Shown one piece after another: positions 57,401-64,000 of a stretch of 64,000 nucleotides of DNA (the stretch's first letter is position 1; each line of letters begins with the position of its first letter). Both the position numbers and the translations under genes were made by a program. Below the pieces are notes generated by a model, which saw nothing but the letters and a program-made list of their open reading frames with translations, made no database searches and was not told the origin of the DNA. The DNA lies in NCBI GenBank assembly GCA_027923505.1, contig BROI01000003.1, forward strand, positions 992,001 to 1,056,000, in the 5' to 3' direction. Source of the DNA: Mayamaea pseudoterrestris. Its lineage: Eukaryota.

Positions 57401-58169
57401 CCAACTCGTGAGCTTGCGCAATCGGGCTTGTTCCATATCGTCGACCACTGGTGCTGGGTCTGAATGTTCGTCACGTCTTGTTCCGACAGCCGGCCATCGC
57501 CTCCGCAGTCGTGAGTTCCTCTTGCTGACAAAGACACTGCGGTAGGGTCGTTTGGATCCCAAGTTGCGGATGCTGCGTGAGCCACGGACATGTCAAAGAC
57601 TTTACGACGGCACGCTTGTAGGTGCGTTACATCAATTGTCACCATGGTGGAGGTTGATCAGAGGAATCGGACTCGCTGCAGACGAATGATGTCACGATTA
57701 AGCTCCCCTCGCTCGCTCTTGCTCCGAAGCACTGAAATGTTAATCTAACACCGTTGACGATCTCGGCAGTCAACGTCTTACCTCCAAAAAGCTCCGATAC
57801 TGGGTGGTCCTTGGCCACGGTCTGTGCACAGCTCTTGATGGAGATGGCTCGTCGAATAGTCTTTGCGCTCGCCACTACACAAATACGACTGCGCACTCGT
57901 CGCAAACTAGTAGTTCTATATTGTGAGCTTATCGGCTACATCGCTACATCGACCACTCGGAAGATCATCCGATCAATCCCGTTTCTTTCAATCACATTAC
58001 ATCAGTCGTAACTGGTCGGTTCAGAATTTCATAAACGCAATCCACACGACGGTTGCGCACTTTCTTCATTCACATGTCACATAAGACAGCTGCGGACTAG
58101 ACACAAGCTAATTAGGGTTCGGGCTCTTGACTTCACCCCGCTCTGCTTGTCACGGCATGACTTCGATTC

Positions 58170-58700
58170 AGAATACCTGGTCTAGTGTGGAGATCCTTTA
58201 CGCGGGTGCAAAGTAGAGGTGTGCCGACAACGGCACACAAAGGCATGCCCAATTCATCTCAAGTTGCATGATGGGGTGCCCTTGGTGAACCAGACGGGTG
58301 GAATACAGGAATGGGGCGACGTATGCGCGGGAGGAGCCTTCCTGGGATCCATGCGGGGAAATGGAACCGAAGACGAAGATCGATCCAGTGGTGGATGCAA
58401 ACCATCGCCGTTAAGTATCACCCTATGCACTTATCTTGGCAAGTCGTTTCTCAATTTGCATAGGAAGGGCAAGACTGTTTGTGCGACCCGTCATGGGCCT
58501 GCAAGAAGCCAAACCACACCCCACTTGAACCATCGAACATTACAAGATGCTGAAGCTTGGTTTTACGGCAAAGCGGACGCCAAAAGTCATGTCCTTGCAC
58601 CCATCGAGGTTTAGCCCAAACTCAGCATATTGTGGTTGGCCATGGATAAAGTCTGGCTTTTTCCTTCGTTCAGGCTCCTGGTCCACTGATGAATCATGGA
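58170..58700 (+). mobile_element. Corrupted plus-strand family B pol fragment (continuation of the 45465-48590 copy)
   Basis: acctggtctag..gagatcctt, ggcaagtcgtttctc, gatgctgaagcttgg and aagtcatgtcct match the B region upstream of the chromodomain. Confidence 0.65.
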
Positions 58701-59350
58701 GATACCATGCAATCCACAGAGAAGGCCACTGCAAGCTCCCCTTATGAGGAGTTTGCATGTCTTCAAGTAAGCACCAGTTAAGTTGACTTAACAATGACTA
58801 CAGCACCTCCAGCAACACTAGTCCAACTTCCACAGACTACCGCTGCAACTACATCAGCACACTGTCATGCATTGATTTCAGTCACAGCAAGATGGAAAAA
58901 TTGCTCATGCAAGCCAGCTCTACCTGTGTATCAAGCACAAGTCAGCAATGTCACCTACAATATTGTGCCACCATGTTGAAACTCACTCCTTGTACAAACG
59001 TATATGTTGCTACACCTTCAGCCACATATGCGCCATGGAGTGAATAATCAAACAACAAATGGCTACACATGTATCAACATCTGTCAACTACTGGAGGAGT
59101 TGCCATGGGCACACACTTCTCAGATACTCCCTGCACTCAACAATGGCCTTCCAAGACATTTGATGCCATTGCTCAACTCTAGGTCTGCATGAAAAACCCA
59201 TTGATTCACTTTAGCCAATGCCAAACAAAGGACAAGTCACTTCAACACTCATGCAATTCATCAATGATTGCTACTTCCATACAGCTTGTATTCAGATGGT
59301 GCAATGAAAGAAAATATTATGCTGATTATAGAGATCAATCAACATTTTAG
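58700..59350 (+). pseudogene. Old CpG-depleted TE relic (possibly non-LTR)
   Basis: Only about 3 CpG in ~650 bp with CA/TG excess; LYSDGAMKE resembles the start of an RNase H. Confidence 0.3.
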
Positions 59351-61537
59351 GATTTGCAAGCACTGGGACAGTGAGCCAGAAACAGCAGTGTAATCATGGT
59401 ACAGGTTCGCCAGCCCATAAGGTAGTTAGTCGTATTGCGGCCTGTGTTCTCTGGATCGCATAGTTTTAATGGAAGCTCTTCGTTTGAGTTGCCGTGAGAC
59501 CGATTGCAACCAATCATACTTGGTAGGTTTCCGGTGATCAACGACCTTCGCCTGGAAACGAATCGCCAGATCAGGGTACTCAGCTAGGTAAATGATCGTC
59601 ACAGATTCCGTCGCGTGACGCTCTTGATGCGCCGCGTTGACTTGCCTCTGCGTCGAGGCCTGCTCGTTGGTTGCGCGTCGCCATCCGTTCCGGGTGTCTT
59701 GGGCGTCGCCGCAGCTTGTCCTTCAACTGCTTTCGCTGATCAAACTTCATCTCCAACCAGACTTCATCCTTCACGCCGCGTGAGTTTCTTCATGATCGCT
59801 GCAAATGCTCGCCGATAAGCCGCTTGAGTCGGGCGCCATTGCCGCCGCCGCCTCCTTCTTCCACTAGACTGCGCTTGATTGATTGTGCGCTTAGTCTTCG
59901 GTCGTCGATGGGTGTTTCTTGTCATACTTGATGCAGCACTTTTCTAAGTGCGCGTACAACTGCGCGAAATTGTCTTCCAAGTCGGTGTATGCCCCATGTG
60001 TTTCTTGATGGCAATCATTCCGTCAAAACCTGCTAGTGATGCGCTGAATCCTGTGTGCTCGGAGAAAGCGTCGCGTAGTGTACGTTGTAAACCTGTCAGA
60101 GCTTCTGCGTCCATTTCGAGCAGCCAGATGACTTTCTTGTAGAACAGTGCGAAATTGATCGTCGGCCGTGACCACTTCCCGGTCAGCCGCATTCCCTGCA
60201 GTTCCGTTCGCGCGCTTTCCTTCTCGTATGAGCAGTAGCACTTCTTAGATCGTTCAATCGTTGGTAGACTTGCGTCCGTCCATCTCGTCTTCTTGAACTG
60301 CTGTACTGCGAGTGATGACGGAGTTCGACAGTGCGTGAGAAAAAGATCCTGTATACAAACTACATTCTTCTTACATGCCTCTGTTCCTTCGTCCCTTTTC
60401 CCGCCGGGTGTCGAATCGCGTCAAAGACTTCGTGGAAGTCATGCATAGCATGACTTTCAACTCGGAAATCCACTGTTTCCACGAGGAATCCAGCTTCATT
60501 TCTTTACAATCCTTCGCCAGAACGATAGACTTCGTAAATTGGTCTGAATACTTCTCGTCGTCTTCGTCGTCGCCGAGGTCCAGTACGGATGTCGGTGACT
60601 GCTTCGTGTCCACGCCCACACTCGTCGGTGGCACCTTGTGGCGAGTCAGGCTTCGACTCGTCGCCTTTGTGAGGAGTCCTTGGATTCGTTCTTGATCCGT
60701 TTCGCTTTCTTCGCTGGAGGTTTCTGCTCCGTTTCCGCTGCCCACGCTGCAATGTTCGCGCGCTTGACTCGCCTTCGGGTCGCTGTGACGAACGCGCCAG
60801 CGTTTCGGTGGTCAGTTGCGAATGTCTTGATGTCCGCGACTCTTGGCGCCAAATACCATTCGATCGCGTTCGTGATCGCGGCGTTGTTTCATCTTCGCAG
60901 CGATGTTCGCTCGTTTCCTGCGTGACATTGTCGCCATCGTCAGTCGTCGTCGTTGTCGTCGTCGTGACGTTCCACTTCGTCGCGAAATCGTCGTACTCCA
61001 TCTCGATCAGTTGCGTAAGCGATTCTACTCCGAGTTCGTCGAATAACTCCTTGAACTGAGGATCTTGGAAAACGCCTACGTTCTCTTCGTAAACATGCGC
61101 AAACGCCGCGTCTTTCTGCGCGCGAGTTTCCGCCATCGTTGTCGTCGTGACAATGTTCTTGCTATCACCTGCGGAACTTTCCGGGCCAAGAACCAACGTC
61201 GGCCCACGTTACTGCTAAATCAATAGTACTCTTCGTCGATAAAGTCTCTATGCCGAGGCAATGAGTCTCAAGACAGTGTTAATCTTGTAACTTGTAAATC
61301 AAATCGTTGCACCTTTCGCTTGTAGCTGTCCTTGGATGGCCAATCCAAGCTTGCAGTTGCTACAATACGAGAGACGAATAAATCGCTTTCTTAACTCTTC
61401 AAGCTTAGTAAGTCTGCTTGTTTCTACTCTATATCGCACTAGTTTTTGCAATATACTTGTTGAATCGCTTCGAAGCCGTCGCTGCCACGCATCACGCGAT
61501 CGTGAGGCTGTGGTGAGCCGCGAGTGCCGCTGTGTCA
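59350..61537 (-). mobile_element. Degenerate, internally deleted copia (family C, related to A): probable 5' LTR ~61213-61537, gag from 61136, joined to an RT-end/RNase H fragment at 59400-59610
   Basis: TGACACA terminus; degenerate GGTTATGGGCC-like PBS at ~61201-61212; CoDi-like gag MAETRAQKDAAFAHV; 59470-59590 is similar to 39470-39590. Confidence 0.65.
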
Positions 61538-64000
61538 CCCTATCGGACATTCGGTGTGACTTGCCCGATTTTCGCTGTTTTCGTTCGCATCCTGCAAGTT
61601 ATCTGATTGTTTACCGCAGCACGTATCGCTCAGCGGCAATCCATCAGGCGAACAAACCATTCGAGGCAGCGCGCAAGTTGGCAAAAGAAGCGGAGCGTGC
61701 GGCAGATCGGGCCTGGTTCGCCGCGCAAGAGGCAGAGAAGAAAGCCAAGCTTGAGAAGCTTGCTAAAGCCAAGCGCAGCCTGCTGGAGACAGGGATGTGC
61801 CGCCAAGGGAGGCCTCAGCGCAATCCCCATGGTGGAGCAAATAAAATGATAGCTGGTCGAGGCGCGAGCGTGAACGAGGAATGTGTCAATCCACAGAAGA
61901 TGAACGAGCCAATCAGCGATCTTTCACGTGTTGGCGAGCAAGTTACTATGGCAGAAATCGCGATTGCCACGTCGGAGGAATGTGTCCCTCTCTTGGCGCA
62001 GCCAATCAGCGATGAGCACGAGGCCATCATTCGCGAAACACGTGTCCGGGTGTCGGTGCCAACAGTCACGCTGGTGTCATCGCTAGTGCCTCTGATTGGT
62101 CCGTTGAACATGCCGCCACGAGTGCAGCAACCAATCAGAGAGCTTGGAGCAATGTATGGGATCGGAGCACTTGACCATGAAGACAGTGAGTTTGCTCTGA
62201 CGGTTCAACCAACGAGAGCTAGTGGAACAACTCGGTTTCTCCTTGACTCGGGTGCAACCAAGCATGTCACGTCGACAGCAGCTGGAATGGTGGACCTGCG
62301 CCCTTGCAATCGGCGCTTGTCGTTAGCAGATGGATCAACGTGTCGCGTTTTGCAACGTGGATACTTGCCGCTCGTCACCAAGAATGGATTGCGCATCACT
62401 TTGGTCAACACCTATGTGATCGCATCGTCTGCAATGAATATAATCAGTTTACCATTGCTTCTGGACATTGGCGCGCAGATTCTTCGCTGGGATACTGATC
62501 GAGTTATCATTCAATTGGACGAAGACGACTCGCAGTCATTACTGGAATTCATCCGCGAAGAAGACTCAGTTCTCTATTACTTAGAGGCGCATCGCCGACA
62601 GCTCGCAAAAGGCACGATCGCAGCAACTGGCGATGATGGCGAGGATGGCGACGATGCGAGCGAGGAGGGCGATGACGGCGACGACGCAGATGCAGGTGGC
62701 CGTCACAACTCTGGCGACCGACCAGCCAAGCGAGTAGAGATTAACTTGGCACATCAGCTCTTTGACCATCCGGGACGCGTCAAGTTGCAGCAATACGCAC
62801 GACAGTACAATCTACGCCTCATTGGAGTATTGGAGCAGTGCTCGGCATGCGAGAAGGCGAAGGCGACGGCAAAACGTACGACGAAACTGTCAAATGTGGT
62901 CGCTAACGACCCCGGTGAACGACTTTTTGTCGACTCGAGTGGACCATATACGGAAACCAGTGGCGGGAATCGCTATTGGCTTGCCATTGTGGATCAGAAA
63001 ACCAATCGAGTCTGGTCGTACTTCACTCGAGCGAAGTCACGCCTGAGCGCTTTCGTCATTAAGCATCTCATTCGATATGAAGGCAGCGGCTTCCCTTGCA
63101 AGTTCATTCGCATGGACAATGCTGCGGAATGGGAAGAGCTCAAAGAGTTTGCTTTGGCGAATGGCATTGTTGTCGAGTTTACGGCGCCGCATACGCCAAT
63201 GTGGAACGGCGTCGTTGAGCGAGCGTTTCCTCATCTTCGCGATCGCGCTTACGCAAGCATGCTCGCAAGTCAATTCCAAAAGGATGAATATAAGAAGGTT
63301 CCAGTCTGGCAACGCCATATACCGGCTCAAGCCAGTCGCAAGTGCATCGAGATGACGCCGTTAGAGTTGCCGGAAAAGCTTTGGGCGCACGGCGTCCACG
63401 ATGCAACGTTAATGAGCAATCTGCTTGGACGGAATGGCTTTGCAAATGCCTTTAGACCCTTCAACGAGCAACCGCCAGTCCGCTTTGCAGACTTTGTACC
63501 GTGGGGTTGCCGTGGCTACATGAAGAAGCCGCAAAAGCAGAAGCATTTTCGGCCGAAATCAGAAATTGTTTATCGTGTGGGATACGCCGATCATCACTCG
63601 AGCGATACCTACTTGGTATATAAGGTTTCGACGGAAAGGATTGTTGCTACTCGCAACGTGCGATTCAGCTCTAAGTACTTTAAGTTGACAAATCCGCCGC
63701 CGAATCACAGCATCTCCAGTGCCTCGAGCGAAGACTCTGATGCTGATGATGAGGATGACGACAGTCCATATGTCCGTCGCCTCGATGACGATGATGATGA
63801 CGACGACGACGATGATTACAGCAGTGGCAGCAATTCATCATCTTTATCTTCCAAGAGCTTGGATCACGATTCGTATGAGATCAGAGGCAATGATGAATAT
63901 AGCACCGATGTCGAGCTAGGAGGGATGGACGCTGTCAATAAAGACATTGAGCATCGTCGATCTCGCGCTGGCAGGGAGGGACGCCCTCGCAAGGAGGGAA
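61538..64000 (+). mobile_element. Ty1/copia family D with an intact gag-end/protease/integrase reading frame running off the window
   Basis: Hand translation open throughout: FLLDSGATKH (PR), HQLFDH...CSAC (HHCC), FVDSSGP, RMDNAAE, NGVVER (DDE), GYADHHSSDTY...RNVRF. Absent from the ORF track because it has no stop. Confidence 0.9.

Larger units (their letters stand above)
48590..58152 (-). mobile_element. Ty1/copia family B three-LTR structure: 5' LTR 57738-58152, indel-ridden gag-PR-IN, intact chromo-RT-RH, LTR 51543-51939, second chromo-RT-RH, LTR 48590-48986
   Basis: LTR copies, PPT GAGGGGAG, and two clean 846-aa pol segments. Confidence 0.9.

Noticed and set aside
54497..57700. Programmed frameshifting in gag-pol
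   Set aside because: There are dozens of scattered indels, consistent with decay or sequencing error rather than one slippery site

Overview
Eukaryotic nuclear DNA, most likely from a pennate diatom. The evidence is short GT-AG introns, a type III (p10-before-p20) metacaspase, bipartite-like targeting peptides and CoDi-like Ty1/copia elements. The window has two compartments. (1) 1-~36.4 kb is gene-dense, with about 22 protein-coding genes: At5g03900-like membrane protein, PGAM5, PAP2 phosphatase, DUF2358, metacaspase, ankyrin-kinase, PAF-AH, a Tudor-RING-5xNUMOD1-like protein, Vti1-like SNARE, TrmA-like methyltransferase, CWC27, PDAT, a CW-zinc-finger protein, COG5, a HutX-like protein, a signal-peptide-bearing spermidine synthase and others. 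(2) ~38.7-64 kb is a nested Ty1/copia island with at least 3-4 families. It contains a 169-bp tandem satellite with an internal palindrome and an apparently identical 2,953-bp tandem duplication of a chromodomain-RT-RNaseH+LTR unit. The 5' and 3' LTR ends of the main family differ consistently. Parts of the island (45.3-48.6 kb and 54.5-61.5 kb) are riddled with indels or look like blends of two sequences, so assembly or consensus artefacts must be excluded before the structural findings there are trusted. All calls are by eye from motifs; no database searches were run.
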